Of a stretch of DNA of 64,000 nucleotides, positions 12,756 through 25,763 are shown one piece after another. The stretch is taken from NCBI GenBank assembly GCA_014905635.1, contig JABVCE010000002.1, positions 496,001-560,000 of the forward strand, read 5' to 3'. Position 1 is the stretch's first letter; each line of letters starts with the position of its first letter. Under the pieces are notes generated by a model. That model ran no database searches. It was not told the origin of the DNA and worked only from the letters and a program-made list of their open reading frames with translations. The stretch is from Scenedesmus sp. PABB004 (taxonomy: Eukaryota). The translations under genes were made by a program, and so were the position numbers.

Positions 12756-14766
12756 TGCGCCACCGCGGCCGCCGGCGCCGCGCCACACCGCCGCCGCCGC
12801 CGCCGCCGCTGCGCCGCCCACGTGCGCGCACCGGCCGGCGCAGGTACTACCCTGCCAATGCAGCGTCGAGCTGCATCAGCGTCATCGTGCTCGTGCTCTC
12901 AGCCACCGCCGACGTGCTGCCGCCGGCGCACCGCACCGCCGGCTTCGGGCTCATCGTCGCCGGTGAGCGCCGCGCCGCGCCGCGCCCGCCCCGCCCCGCG
13001 CGCCCGCGCGCCGCCCCGGGTGCCGCCGCGGGGCGCGCCCATCTGACCCCTTCCTGCCCGCCGCCCCCTCGCGGCGCACGCAGCGTACTCGGCAGGGTTC
13101 ATCTTCGGTCCCCTCCTCGGCAGCGGCCTTGACCCACAGCGCGCGGCCCTCGTCGCGGGCGGCGGCGTCCTGGCCGCGATCGGCCTCGTGCTGGCGGCGG
13201 TGCCCGAGTCGTGGCCGCCGCGTGCGGCCGGCTGCGCCGCTGCGGGTGCGCGCGGCGCGCTGCGGCTGCGCCGCCCGCTGCTCCCGGCGGGTGGCCCCGA
13301 GCCCGGCCGCCGCCGCCGCCGCAGGGGGCCTGCGCCGCACGCGGCGCGCCCGCTCAACGCGCTGGCCAGCCTCGGCCGCAGCTGGCGGCTCATCACGAGC
13401 AGCGGGCTGTTCAAGCGCCTCGCGCTGTGCATGGCCATCGTGGGCGTGGTGTCCGAGGTGCGCGCCGGCGCGCCTGCCGCGCCTGCCGCCGCGCACCTTC
13501 TCCCCCGCGCCCCTGCCCGCCCACACGGAGAACCCCCCGCGCCCCTGCCCGCCCACGCACACACGACCGCCGCCCGCGCGCCCCGCCCTGCCCTGCCTGT
13601 GCCGCCCTGCCGCCCCGCCAGGGCATCCAAGACATGCTGCTGCAATACCTCCAGCTCACAGTCGGCTTCAACACACGCGACCAGGGGCGCCTCTTCGTGC
13701 TGCTCGGCGCCGCAAACCTCGTCGTGCAGGCGCGCACGCCAGCGCCGCGCATCGCGCGCCAGCGCCGCCAGCGCCGCGCAGCGCGGCGGGCCGCCCGGGC
13801 GCGCGGCCGCCGGCCGGGAGCGCGCCGAGGCCGCGCCGGGGCCGCGCCGCGCAGGCGGCGCTGCTGCCGTGGCTGGTGGCGGCGCTGGGCGAGCGCCGCG
13901 TGCTGGTGCTGGGGCTGGCGTTCTCGGCAGCTGAGCAGGCGGTGCTCGCGGTCGTGACGAGCAAGGCGACCGCTTTTGGCGCCGTCGCGCTCGGCTCGCT
14001 CGCCGGCGTGGCCTTCCCTGCAATCAGCAGCATCAAGTCGACGCACAGCCGCGCGGACCAGCAGGGCCTGGTGCAGGTGCGCGCCCGGGGAGCGCGCGCG
14101 GGGGCCGCTGCGGCGCCGGGGGTCCGGCGGCGCGGGCGCAGGCGCTGCGTGTGTGCGTGCGGCCGGGCGGGCGGGCGGGCGCCCACGCTCCGCCGCGCCC
14201 GCCGCCGGCAGGGCGCGCTCGCTGGCATCCGCGCGCTGGCCACGGGGCTGGGGCCAATCGCGTTTGCCCAGCTCTTCTCCGCGTGCACACGCCCCGACGC
14301 GGGTGCGCGCGCGCAGCGGCGGCCGCTCGCGGGCACCCGCCCCCGCCGTCGCCGCGGCCGCCGCTCCCCCCCCCCCCCCTTCCCCCCCTCACACACACAC
14401 ACACACCTCCCCGCTCCGTCGCGCCCGGCCGCGCCGCGTCCAGCGCTGGGCTACCGCCCGGGGCTGGTGTTCTGGACCACCTGCGCGCTCACCGTGGCGG
14501 CGCTGGGCGTGGCCGCCTCCATCCCAGCCTCGCTCGTCACGCGGCCCGGCGCTGGCGAGGCGGCCTCCTCCGGGGGCGAGGGCGAGGCGCTGCTGGCGTC
14601 GGGCGAGGGGCGCGGCGCCGCCGGCTGGCTGGCTGATGCGCCGGACGGCAGGGGCGCCGACGCGGCGCCGCGCGGCAAGGCGCCGCGCAGCAAAAACGTC
14701 ACACCGCCGCCGGCCGGCGACGTTGCGGCGCGCGACGCCGAGTGCACGACCGTGGTCGTGTCTTGA
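12182..14766 (+). CDS. Major facilitator superfamily transporter (HIAT1/MFSD14, TetA-like)
   Basis: Motif A GDLSDNWGRKP, many TM segments, QQGLVQGALAGIRALATGLGP; 8 exons, GC donors at 12690 and 13730. Confidence 0.88.
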
Positions 14767-15094
14767 GGTCCCTCCCGGGCCTGGAACCTTTTTTTTGCAT
14801 GCAGAACTCCCTTGGCGGTTGCACATTGTAGTGAGGGCCCGCCGTGGCGCGCCCATCCACAATACTCGAACCTGCCGGCTGTCGGTCGTTTCGATCGTTG
14901 AACCTTTGTGACGCTGCGCCCCGGCGCCCGTGCGCGCCTCGCCGACCCGCCGTCCTCGGCCAGCGGCAGTGGCCTCCTCGCGACCGCACGCGCGAACGCC
15001 CCAAGGGCGGCCCCTGCTGCACGATCGCGACGTGCGTGCGGCCCGGCGGCGACTGCACGCGTGCGCAGGGCGCAGCTGATGGGCGCAGCCGCCC

Positions 15095-15739
15095 ATGGAC
15101 GGCGACGATACGGTGGAGTTGGTGCCGGAGTGGGGCGACGAGGACGCGGGGGCCCTGCACCAGCTGCCCGCGTTCGCTGATGGCGGCGCACCTGCCTCGC
15201 CGCTGGCCGCCCTGGTGGCGCTGGGCCCCGCGGTGCCGGGGGTCCCATCTCCCTCGCTGATCGGCCGGCCCACGCCCGGCGGCGCACTCGGCGGCGTCAG
15301 CGGCGGCGCAGCAGCGGCAGCAGCGCCCGACCCCTGGACGCTGCCGGGCGCCGCGGTGGGCAGCGGCGCCGCGTGGCTGGAGGGCGGTGCCCAGCGCTGG
15401 CCAGGCAGCGAGCGCTCCCACCAGCTCGGCAGCCTGCGGGAGCACGGCCACGGCGCGGCGCCCATGGTGCCCGTCGGCGGCGGCGTGCTGTCGCAGGAGC
15501 GCGGCGCGCAGCAGCCGCTGGAGCAGCACCTGCAGCGAGAGTGGGAGGCGTACGCCGCCGCCATGCCGCAGGGCACCGCGCTCGACCCGCAGGCCTGGCT
15601 GCAGCAGCAGCGGGACGAGGCGCGCGACGCGGCGGCCGCCGCCGGAGCCGCGGCCGCGCTGGCGCCCAAGAAGCGCGGCCGCAAGCCCAAGGCCGCGGCA
15701 GCCGACGGCGGCGGCGGCGGGGCGGGGCCCGGCGGCGGC

Positions 15740-15770
<31 letters not shown>

Positions 15771-17214
15771 GCCCAGCCTGTGGAAGGCGCCGCCCGCGCC
15801 GCGCGAGCCGCGGCTGGCGAGGGAGGCGGGCGTGGAGTACGAGGAGGTGCTGCCGCAGGGCCTGCCGGCGAGCGCGCGGCCGCTGCCGGTGCCGACGGAG
15901 CTGTTCCAGCTGGAGGGCCTGGGCGAGGTGCTCAGCCTCGACACCTGGCACGGCGTGCTGGACGACGGCGACCGCGCGGCGCTGCGCGCGCTGCTGCCGC
16001 CGGGCTTTGACGAGGGCCCCGGCGGCGACCTCGGCGCGCTGCTGGGCGGGCGCGCCAACTTTTGGTTTGGCAACCCCGCGGCGCGCCTGTGGGAGGACCT
16101 GGCGTCGGGCGCGGCGGCGCCGCGCGTGCGGCGGCACCAGGAGGCGGTGCTGCAGCTGCGGCAGCAGCTCGCGACCATGCAGCTCCGCACCTACCACAAC
16201 GCGCAGGTGGAGAAGCTCCGGGGAATGCAGCGCCTCTGGGCGAGCGCGCTGCCGGCCGAGGCGAGCACGTCGGAGCGGCTCGCGCTGTGGCGCGCGGCGG
16301 AGGCGGGCGAGGCCGACGTCCCCAGCTCGCCGCGCGAGGCCGCGCGGCTCGTGCGCGCGGCGGCCGCCGAGGCGGCGGCGGAGCGCGGGCGCGGTGGCGG
16401 TGGCTGGAGTGCGCCGCCGGAGCGGCGCGGCAGCGGCAGCGCACCCGACGGCGGCCGCGCCGCGCCGGCGGTGGCAGCGGAGCCGTCTGCAGCGCAAGGA
16501 GCTGCAGCAGCAGCAGCAGCAGCAGCAGGCGCATCAGGAGCAGCAAGGGCAGCAGCGACGGCAGCAGCAGCAGCAGCAGCGGCGGCGGCGGCAGCGGCGG
16601 CAGCGGCACCACCGCCGGCAGCTGCACCGCCTGCCGCGCCTGCAGCAGCAGCTGCACCACGGCCGGCGGCAGCTGCAGCACCTGCGGCCCGTCCGCGTGC
16701 GGCCCCGCCAGCGGCGGCGGCGGCGGCAGCAGCAGCGGCGGCCGCGGCAGCGGTGGCGCTCGGCGGCGGCCGGCAGCGGTCGGACTTTGTCTACGAGGGC
16801 CCCGTCAACTTTTCGAAGAACCCAACGAAGCGACAGGCGGCGGCTGCCGCGGCCGCGCTGGAGGCGGCCGTCACGGCGGCCGCGGCGGCCGCGGGCGAGG
16901 CGCAGGCCGCAGCGGCGCAGCCGGCGGCGCAGCAGGCGGCGCAGCCGGCGGCGCACCAGGCGGCGGCGGCGGCCCAGCAGCAGCAGCAGCAGGCCTTGGC
17001 GCAGGCGCAGGCCCAGGCCCAGGTGCAGCAGCAGCTGCTGCTGCTGCAGCAGCTGCAGCGGCAGCAGCTGGCAGGCGGGGCGGGCCGCTCTGCAGCGGGC
17101 GGCGCGCCGACGGGCGCGCTGGGCGTCGTGGTGAGCCCCGCGCAGCTGCAGGTGATGGCCGCGCAGCTGCAGGCGGCCGCCGCTGCGCAGGCTGCGAGCA
17201 AGCAGCCGCGGTAG
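15095..17214 (+). CDS. NFRKB-like DEUBAD/ASXH-domain protein (INO80-associated) with AT-hook-like motif
   Basis: LGEVLSLDTWHGVLDDGDRAALRALLP...NFWFGNP...LRTYHNAQV; KKRGRKPK. Needs a -1 frame change in the GGC tract near 15720-15772. Confidence 0.75.
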
Positions 17215-17350
17215 CGGGCGCCGTCTGCACGGTGCGGGCGCGGCGCGGAACGCGTATTTGAATGCTTGCCTGGTTGCACAGCTCACGAGCAAGGACCGCC
17301 GTCGTCCGGATCCGGCCGCTCGTGCGCGTCGCCGCCGCCCCTGCGGAGCG

Positions 17351-19457
17351 TCAGCTCGGCGCTGGCCGAGTCGCTGCCGGTGCGCCGGCAGCGCCGTCCG
17401 GCAGCGTCTCCCAGGGGCCGAGGCCCGACACCGACCGCGCCAGCCCCGCGCCCGGGCTGGGCGCCCGACCGACGCGCCAGCTGCCGCCGATCGCCGCGGC
17501 GCCGGCCGCCGCCACTGGCGGCGCGGCCGCGTGGCGCGGGGACGGCGGGGGCCGGGCGCCGCCGGGCGCAGGGATGACGTGCACGTGCGGCGGCCGCGAC
17601 TCAGGCCGCCGCGGCTGGGTGGGGCTGCGCAGGCTGCCGACGCCCGCCACGCGCTGCCCCCGCGCGCGCATGCCCGCGGCCGCCGCCCCGCCCGCCGCGC
17701 CGCGCGCGTCGCCGCGGCGCGTGCCGCGCCGCGCGGCGCCGCCGCCGGCACGGCCGACGGGCGCCTGCGGCGGCATGCCCCGGCGCCGGCGCAGCAGCTG
17801 CCCGTGCACCGCGAGGGTGAGGCGGGCGAGGAAGTCCAGCACCTGCTCCTCGTGCTCCAGCGTGAGCCATTTCTCCGCCGGCGCCAGCGGCGGCGCGTGC
17901 TGCAGCTGCTCGCGCCAGCGCGACACCGCCGCGATGTACGTCTGCAGCTTCTCCCCCAGCTGCGCCGGCCGCGGCAGCGCCAGCGGCGCGGCCTGTGGGG
18001 GCGGCTGGGGCGCCGCGGGGGCCCGCGCCCGCAGCAGGCTGCTCCACGCCAGCTGGTGCAGCTGCGCGGCGACCTGGCTGCTCACGCCGCCGCGCTCCCG
18101 TGGCGCCTGCACCAACCCCTCCGGCGGCGCTCGCAGCTCCAGCTGCTCCTGCGCCTGCTCCAGCGCCTGCTGCTGCTGCTGCTGCATGACGTGCTGCCAC
18201 AATGCCAGCCTGCGGGCGCGGGCGCGCAGCAGAGGCGTGAGCGCACACACCGCCGCATCGCGCCGGCAGGCGGTGGGGGCGCCCAACCGCCAGCGCCGCC
18301 CGCTCACCTGACTGCCAGCGGCGCGGCCGTGAGCTCGGCCAGCACGCCAGCGAGCCCAGGCTGCGCGGCAGCGCTGCTGAGCCCCGGCGCGTCCTCCTCA
18401 CCCCACACGACGTCACCTGGGCACAGCTGCTGCTGCCGCTGCTGACCGGCCTGGAGCTGCCGTCCGGCTGCCGCCTCGCGCGCCTGCAGCGCCACAGCCA
18501 GCTCCGTGAGCAGCTGCCGCGCCGCCCCCGCGCACTGCCCCCCGGCGTCCTGCAGCACCGCGCAAGGCGACCCCGCAGCTGCCGCCAGCCGGTGCCGCGG
18601 GCTTTGCTGCGTCGGCAGCGGCGGCAGCATCACGACCTGCCCCTCCCAGGCACCGCCCTGCGGTACGGTCTCAACGGCCTGCTGCCGCCGCCGCCGCCGC
18701 TCCCGCGTGCTCCCTGCCAGGGCCGGCAGCAGCTGCTGATGCTGCTGCAGCTGCTCGTCTTGCTGCTGCGGCGGCGCCGCCGCCACAGCAGCTGCGCAGT
18801 GTGCTGCTTGCGCGCGGCGCACCACGGCCTGCACCAGCTCTGAGCAGCTGGGGATGCTGGGCAACGACGAGCAGGTGGAGCGACCGCTGTCCTGGTGGCC
18901 CAGGCCCTGCTGCGGCTGAGCGCCGCCGGGAATGACGATCAGGCTCGGCGCAGCAGGCCCCGGCTGCTGCCAGCTTGACGCGCCCTCCTGCTCCTCGTCG
19001 CTGCTGCTGCCAGGCCGCCAGTCGAGCGGCTCGCGTCCTGGGCCGGCGCTGAGACAGGCGCCGCCCGGCCTGCTGCCAGCAGGGTGGGAGGCAGCCGCAG
19101 GCTCGCCGCACGCCGCGCATGCAGCGGTAGCTGGCCGAGGTGGCAGCTGCGCCGGCGGCGGCGCCGGCGGCTGCGGCGGCGCCGGCTGCGGCGGCGGCTG
19201 CGGCGGCTGCTGCCCCAGCTGCGCAACCCAGCCGACGCACGCGTCAGCCAGGCTCACAGCAGCCTGCCGCGCAGCGTGCGCCTCCGCGCCAGCGTCGTCC
19301 CCAGAAGGCACGAGCACCGCCGCAAGCAAGCCCTGCAGCTCCTCCAGAATCGTGCCGCTGGGCTGCTCCTGTGCCAGCTCACCACTGCCTCCAGCTGCCG
19401 GAGGAGGACCAGAGGTGGCTCCATGCTCGCTCGCGCCACACTCGGCACTGCCCTGCC

Positions 19458-19489
<32 letters not shown>

Positions 19490-22400
19490 GTGCTGCTGGT
19501 GCTGCTGGTGCTGCTGCTGCTGCGTGGGCGCCCGCCATGGTTGGCCGTCAGCGACTGCCCTGAGCTTGGGCTGAGCTGAACCGCCCGCCAGCCTGCCGCT
19601 GGGTGCGCCCCTGGCGGCTGCAGCGGCGCCAGCTCGTGCACGGCCTGGGCATGCACAGGCAGGTCCAGCTCCAGCTCCAGCGCCGCCGGCGGCGGCGGCT
19701 CCTCAGGCGTGGCTGCTGCGCCAGCGCGGGGCTGCGCCGCCGCGCTGCCGGCCGAGGACGGCGCAGCCGCGAGCCACACTTCAACCGCGCTGCGCCGCGC
19801 GCGCTCGCTGCTGCGGCTTGGCGCTCCGCTGTGCGGCGGTAGGTCAAAGACTAGCTCCATGTTGAGCTCACCCACCAGCGCGCTCGCGGCAGCCCGCCCC
19901 GCCGCCTGAGCAGGGGCAGAGACAGCCGGCGCGCCAAACAGGCTCACCGCTGCCGCCTGCTGGCGCCCCTCAGCGGCGCGCGCCCTGCGGCGCTGCCGCC
20001 GCTCCTGCCGCTCCTGCCGCGCCGCGCGCTCCGCGTCGGCGCCGGCGTCGGCGCACGGCGTTGCGGCGCGGCGGCCGCGCTTCAGTTCGCCGGAGGCTGC
20101 GGGGCGGCGCAGTCGTGAGGCGGCGGTGGGCGCGGGAGGGGCAGGGCTGAGGGGCATCGGCGCCCCGGCGCGTGCGCACCCATGGTCTGGCTGAGCATGC
20201 AGCCAGGGCTGAGCGAGCGGCCCTCGGGGGCGGCAACGAGGCAGCCGACGCGACGGCGAGGGCCGTGGCGCAGGCCGGCGGCACGGGCGGCGAGGGCGGC
20301 GAGGGCGGGCGCCCCGCCGTCCCCGCGCACCAGGGCGCCTGGGCGGCAGCAGCAAAGCCCGACGCCGGCGGCACTGCAGCAGCCGCCTGCTCGTGGCCGC
20401 GCGGGGAGCTTGCTGGCCAAGGCGAGGCGGCCAGGCCCGCGACCTCCGGCGGCCCTTGGTCCGGCCTCGATTCCTGCTCCGCGTCCCACGTCTGCGGGCC
20501 TCCAGGCCACTGCTGCTGCTGCTGCTGCAGCAGCAGGCTGGCCCACAGGCTGGCACGCGGGTCGGCGTCCCCCGCGTCGTCGGCGTCGCCCGAGCTGGCG
20601 TCCCAGTCACGCTCCTGGTCGGTGCGGCGGCGGCGCGTTGGCATGCCCCTCTGCGCACGGCCGCGGCCGGGGCGAGCCTGCCCTCCTCCCTTCCGACGCC
20701 GCACCTGCTCCACGCGCTCGGCGGCGGCCGCCCACGCCGCCGCGTCGTCGCAGCGCACCGCGCCGCGCCCGGGGCTGAGCGTGAACTTGTGTGGGTAGTG
20801 GAGGTGCAACGCCAGCGCGCGCGCCCGCACCGCGAGCGTCGCCAGCAGCACCTCGTCACGCGCGCGCGCGCGCAGCAGCACGGCGCGCGCGCGCGCAGCG
20901 TCGCGCGCCAGCGCGGGCGCCAGCAGCGAGGCCAGCAGGTCGCCCTGCCCCCGGGCGGCGGGCGCAGCAGCGGCGGGGGCGCTCGGCGCTGCGGCGGGGC
21001 GGCGCCCGCGTGCCGCCACGGGGCCAGGGTCGCGCGCGCAGACGGCCGTGCCCCGCACCCGCAGCGTCGTGCGCCCGCGGCCGGGCCCCCCGAGGAGGCG
21101 CAGGCGGTCATAGAGTTCGTCGGTGCTGTCACCGCCGACGCCCAGCAGCTGGTGCGCCGCGCTCTCCAGCAGCTCCTCGGCCTGCGCGAGCGCGCACACC
21201 CACGCCACGTCCTCCCGGACCAGTCGGCCGGCCAGCCGCCGCTGCTTGGATCGCTGCCGGCGCCGTCAGCGTCCGCGCCCGGCCCGCCGTCCGCGGGCAG
21301 CTCCTGCTGGGGCGTGCCAGGGCGGGGGCCGGCCTCGGCGCCGCTGTCGCATGCGCTGGCACCCTGCAGAGCTGCAACGGCGAGGCCGCGAGCGCCGAGG
21401 CAAAGCACACCAGCAGGCGCCCGCGCCTGCTGCGGTGCGGGCTGCTCGCAGCACGCGCCGGCGCTGGCGTCCCAGCGGCTGGCGCTGCTCCAGTGCAGGA
21501 TGTCGTGCAGCGCCGACGGCGGGCGCCGCCCCTGCGCGGCTGTGGCACCGCCGCGCGTGGCAGCAAAGCTGCTCAGCAGCGCGCGCCAGCTGTCCGGGTG
21601 CGGCGCACGCGCTGCCACCAGCCCCGCCACGCGCTGCCACCACGCGTCGTCGCCGGGGCAGGTCGCCCGCCACAGCTGCGCGCGGCGCGGGCAGGCGGCG
21701 GGGTGGAGCGGGCGCGGCGCTGCGTGCGCGGGTCCGGCCGCCGCCCGCCGCGGCGTGGTGCGCGCCGACCAGCACCCACCATGTCCATTGGCAGCTGCGC
21801 GCTGACCATCGCCCTCAGCCCCGGCGACACTCCGCGCCGCGCAAACACGCGGGACAGCAGCGAGGCCTCGGCACCCCTGGCCAAGGCGGCGGTGCTCGAC
21901 GTCAGCAGTGCCTCAGGGCGCCAGCGCGGCGTGCGGCCTCGCCGCTGCCCCGCGCTGCCGCCAGCGCCCTCGCAGCGCAGCCCCCGGCCGCGCACCCGTC
22001 CTGGTCGGTGGGACTAAACTGGCCCTCCAGGTCCCTCAGGTCCCGCACCGCCTTGGCCAGCCGCGCGCCGCTCAGGCGCGACAGCCCCCGCGGCGCAAGC
22101 GCCTCGCGACGTGTGAGCAGCGGTCGCCAGGGCGGCGGCCCGGCAAAGTCGCCTAGGCTCACAAGGACGGGCTGCGCCTGCGGGCTGCCCGGCGGGCTGC
22201 CCGCGGAGCTGTCTGCAGCCTCCTGCTGCTCCGACGGCGCCACCAGAGCCGGCGCCAGGGCGGGCGGAGGCGGCGGCTGCGGCGCTGCAGCTGCCACGCC
22301 CCCGCGCACCGCCTCCTCCTGCTCCTGCTCGCCCTCAGCCTCCAGCACCACCAGCACCGCGCCGCCGGTGCGCTGCCGTGCCATCACCGCCGCAGGCGTG

Positions 22401-25400
22401 AGCCGCCCAACGGGCCGCGCCAGCGCCGCGACCTTGCGCCAAGCGGCAAACGCCAGCTCCAGTGATTCCCAGTGGGCGCTGCACGCGAGCCGAGGCGGCG
22501 GGCGAGGGTGAGGCAGTGCGGGCAGGTCGCCGGACTCCGTCGGAGCCAGCAACGCCCGTGCCCCCGCCGCGCACCCCCTGCCAGCTGCGCGCGCCGCACC
22601 GGTACATGTGCAGGCCGAGGGCCGCCCGGAAGCGCAGCTGCGCCACGGCGCGCCGGCGCCAGCGCCACCACGCGAGGGCAACGGTCATGTGCAGCGCGTC
22701 GCCCTGCCATGCCGCCAGGTGGCCCAGCGCCAGCACGCGCGCCTGCGACAGCTTGAGCGCGCCCGCGGCGGACAGCAGCTGCGACGCGCGCGCGGCACGC
22801 TGGAAGGCTGCCAGCGCCCCCGCCAGTGCGCGCTGGTTGGCCACCTGCGGCGCGCAGCCGGGCGGCGGGCGGGCGGCTCGGGCCGCAGCAGCGCGAGGCG
22901 CCCGCAAGCCTCGGGGCCCAGGCCCCCCGTCCCAGCCGTCGCCCACCTCGCAGACGCGCCGCCGCATGGCCGCCACCGCACGGCGCCGCGCCGCGACCGC
23001 GCCCCAGGCTGCTGTGCAGTCGCGCAGCAGCACGCGCTGCAGGCGGTGCTGCCGCCAGTTGGCTTTGAACGCACTCATACCGCAGCGCAGCAGCTCCGCC
23101 GGGCTGTGCAGCGTGAGCCCAGCCCACGCAGCGCGCATGGCGGCGACCTTGGCGCAGTGCGCCCGCCAGGCACCTGCGGCCGGCCCAGCGCGGCTGGCGG
23201 TGTGAGCGGGCGAGGCGGGCGCTGCGGCAGCGCGTCGTCGCGGCGCGTGCGCGTGGGGGCGAGGAGTGGGGCACACTCACCCAGGCACCGGCTGAGGCGG
23301 CTGCGGCCGAGCAGCGCCGCCGCCGCGGCGTCCAGCTGCCCGCTGCGCTCGCGACGGCGTTGCCACTCCTCAAACGCCGGCAGGCGCGGCCCAAACTGCG
23401 GCAGCGCCACGCCGAGGCGCTCGCAGCGTGTTGCCACCGCCAGCATGCGCCAGAAGCGCAGCGCGTCGCGCAGCGCGCCGCGCAGCCAACGCAGGGCGGC
23501 TGCGGCCAGCCGGGCGCGCGCCCGGGCGCGCGCGGCGGCCAGCTGCGCGCAACGGAGCTGCCACGCCTCAAAGCACGCCTGCGAAAAAGGGAGGGGGGGG
23601 GGCGTTCAACGCCTGCGCAGCACATGCTGCGCACGCTCGCCCGGCGCGGGCGGCGCGCGGGCCGCGCGCACCTGGCGGCGCATGCGCGGCACCCTCTGCA
23701 GCAGCACGCCGGCCAGCAGGCCGCCCAAGCAGGGCCGGATGCCGATGCGGTGGTCGCCGGCCGGTGGCGTGCACATGCGCCACATGACCAGGCCAGCGGT
23801 GTCGCCCGCCAGCACGCCGCGCCGGAGCGCCCGCACCAGCTGCGCGGTGAGCGAGGCGGCGGGGGGGGGGGGGGGGGGGGGGGGGTGCGTGAGTGTAACC
23901 CCAGCCTGCCGGCGGGTGGGCTGCCGCCAACGTGCGCGCGCGCCCACCGAGCTCGCGAGCTGCAGCTGCAGTGCCACCAGCTCGCGCCAGCCCTCAAACG
24001 CCTGCCGTCGTGCGCGCCGCCGCGCGTGCGCCCCCGCCGCCGCCCAGCGCCGCCAGCAGCCAAACGCGTGCGCGAGCGCCGCAGCCACGTTTGCTCGCCG
24101 CACTGCCATGTACCTGCGGCCGCGGCGGCGCCCGCAGCTCTGAGCGCGCCCGAACGCTCTCGGCTCGAGCGGCCGGCGGCGGCGCGCCACGTGGCGTGCG
24201 CGTGCCACGCCCACCTGCTGAACGCACGGCGGGGGGCGCGGCTGCGCCACGCGCACTGAAGGACCAGCGCGGCTGCGGGGAGGTGCTGCTGCTGCCAGTG
24301 GCCTGCCAGGAAGGCCGCCGCCTCGGCGTCCGTCTCAGCATCGGCCACCGCCCACGCGGCCTCCGTGGCGCGCGGGCTGGCGCCGGCGCGGGTCGCGTCG
24401 CGGCTGCGGCGCAGCGCGGGCCCGCCAGCGACGAGGCTCGCGGAGCCCCCCGGGCTGCCGCAGCTGCGCGGCGTCGGGCTGGGGCAGGGGCTGCTCCTGC
24501 CGCTGTCGGCGCGAGCGGCTGGCAGCGGCGGCGCCGCGGCGGCCGCAGCTGCCGCACGCGCTGCTGCAGCCGCGCTGGCCTGTGCCGACGCTGCCGCCAT
24601 CTGCAGCAGCGACTGCCTGCGCGGCGGCTGCCGCGCTGGCGCCACCACTGCCGCCGCCGGCACCCCTGCCGCCGCCGCAGCCGCAGCCGCAGCTGCCTGC
24701 ACAGCCGCCGCCGCCGCCTCCGCCTCTGCAGCTGCCGCCGCCGCCGCCTCTGCAGCTGCTGCTGCTGCGGCCGCCACGGCCGGCGTGGCCGGCGCCGTGA
24801 CCCCGCACGCCCTGAGCATGCCGCTCAGCGATCGGTGCGCCTTGCGCTGCCCGGCAGCGGTGCGCGCCGCCAGCTCGGCCTCGCGCCGTGCTCGCGCCTG
24901 CTGCTGCTCCGCCAGCAGGTGCTGCCTCCACGGCGGCGGCGGCCGCGCCGCGGCCGCGCGCTCGGGGCGGCTGCCAGCGAGCCCAGCCTGGCGCTGCGCC
25001 GCCGGCTCGCCCGCAGGGCTGCGCGGCGCGGGCAGCTCGCCCGGCGCCAACGCGCCTCGCAGCGAGCCGTGCGAGCTGCCGCCCGGGCTGGGCGCAGCCG
25101 CCAAGCCGCCGGCCGGCTGCGCCGGGCATGCCGCCGCGCCCTGCGCGGCCCCCGCCGAGTGCTCGGCCGTCAGCAGCGCCGGCAGCGTGCCGCGCGCCTG
25201 CGGCCGCGCCGCTGTCTGCGCCAGCTCGTAGCGCGCTGCGCCGCGCGCGCTCAGGCGCGCGTCGAGCGCCTGCGGCGCACGCGCCCGGCGGTCGTGAGGG
25301 CGGCGCGCGCTGGCAGCGCCCAGGTCCGGCAGGGCAGCCCTCACCTGTGCCAGCGCGCGCAGCTGCTGCAGCGGCCCCGCCTCCGCGCCGCCGCTGCTCC

Positions 25401-25413
25401 CGCCGCCGGGCAT
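17351..25413 (-). CDS. Large low-complexity protein with IQ-like motif and Trp-spaced helical (Sfi1-like) segments; model uncertain, may be more than one gene
   Basis: Exon chain with canonical splice sites from MPGGG (25413). AALVLQCAWRSR, AFGCWRRW, AFEGWRE, AFEEWQR, AFAAWRK segments; last exon ends at 17351; frameshift near 21215. Confidence 0.45.
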
Positions 25414-25763
25414 CGCCGGCGCCGGCCGGCCTGCTGCCAACGCATGCGCGGTCGCCTCAGGTGGAGGCTCGGTGGAGAGGAGCAGCGCAGCGCGCGAGCG
25501 CCCGGCCGCGGCGGCGCAGCGATTTGACCCGCGGCGCGGGCGACGCCGGGCGCGGCAGCCGCGCACACTTCCGAGCGCTTCCAGGGGCGGCACCGCTGTC
25601 AGCGCGGTCGCGATGGCACGGGGAGCTTGCGGCGCCTGCGCGAATTCGCGACGGGCGAGTCGTGACGCGGCGCGTCGGCGCCCGTGCCCGCGCCGCCGGC
25701 CCGCTGGCGCGTCACAACCGCCCCCGCCCCGACCGTGGCGCCCGGCCGCGCGAGAGTGGGCAC

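Noticed and set aside
19455..19522. CTGCTGGTG 9-mer array and many CAG/GGC triplet tracts
   Set aside because: Ordinary coding low-complexity sequence (Ser/Thr, polyQ, polyA, polyG).
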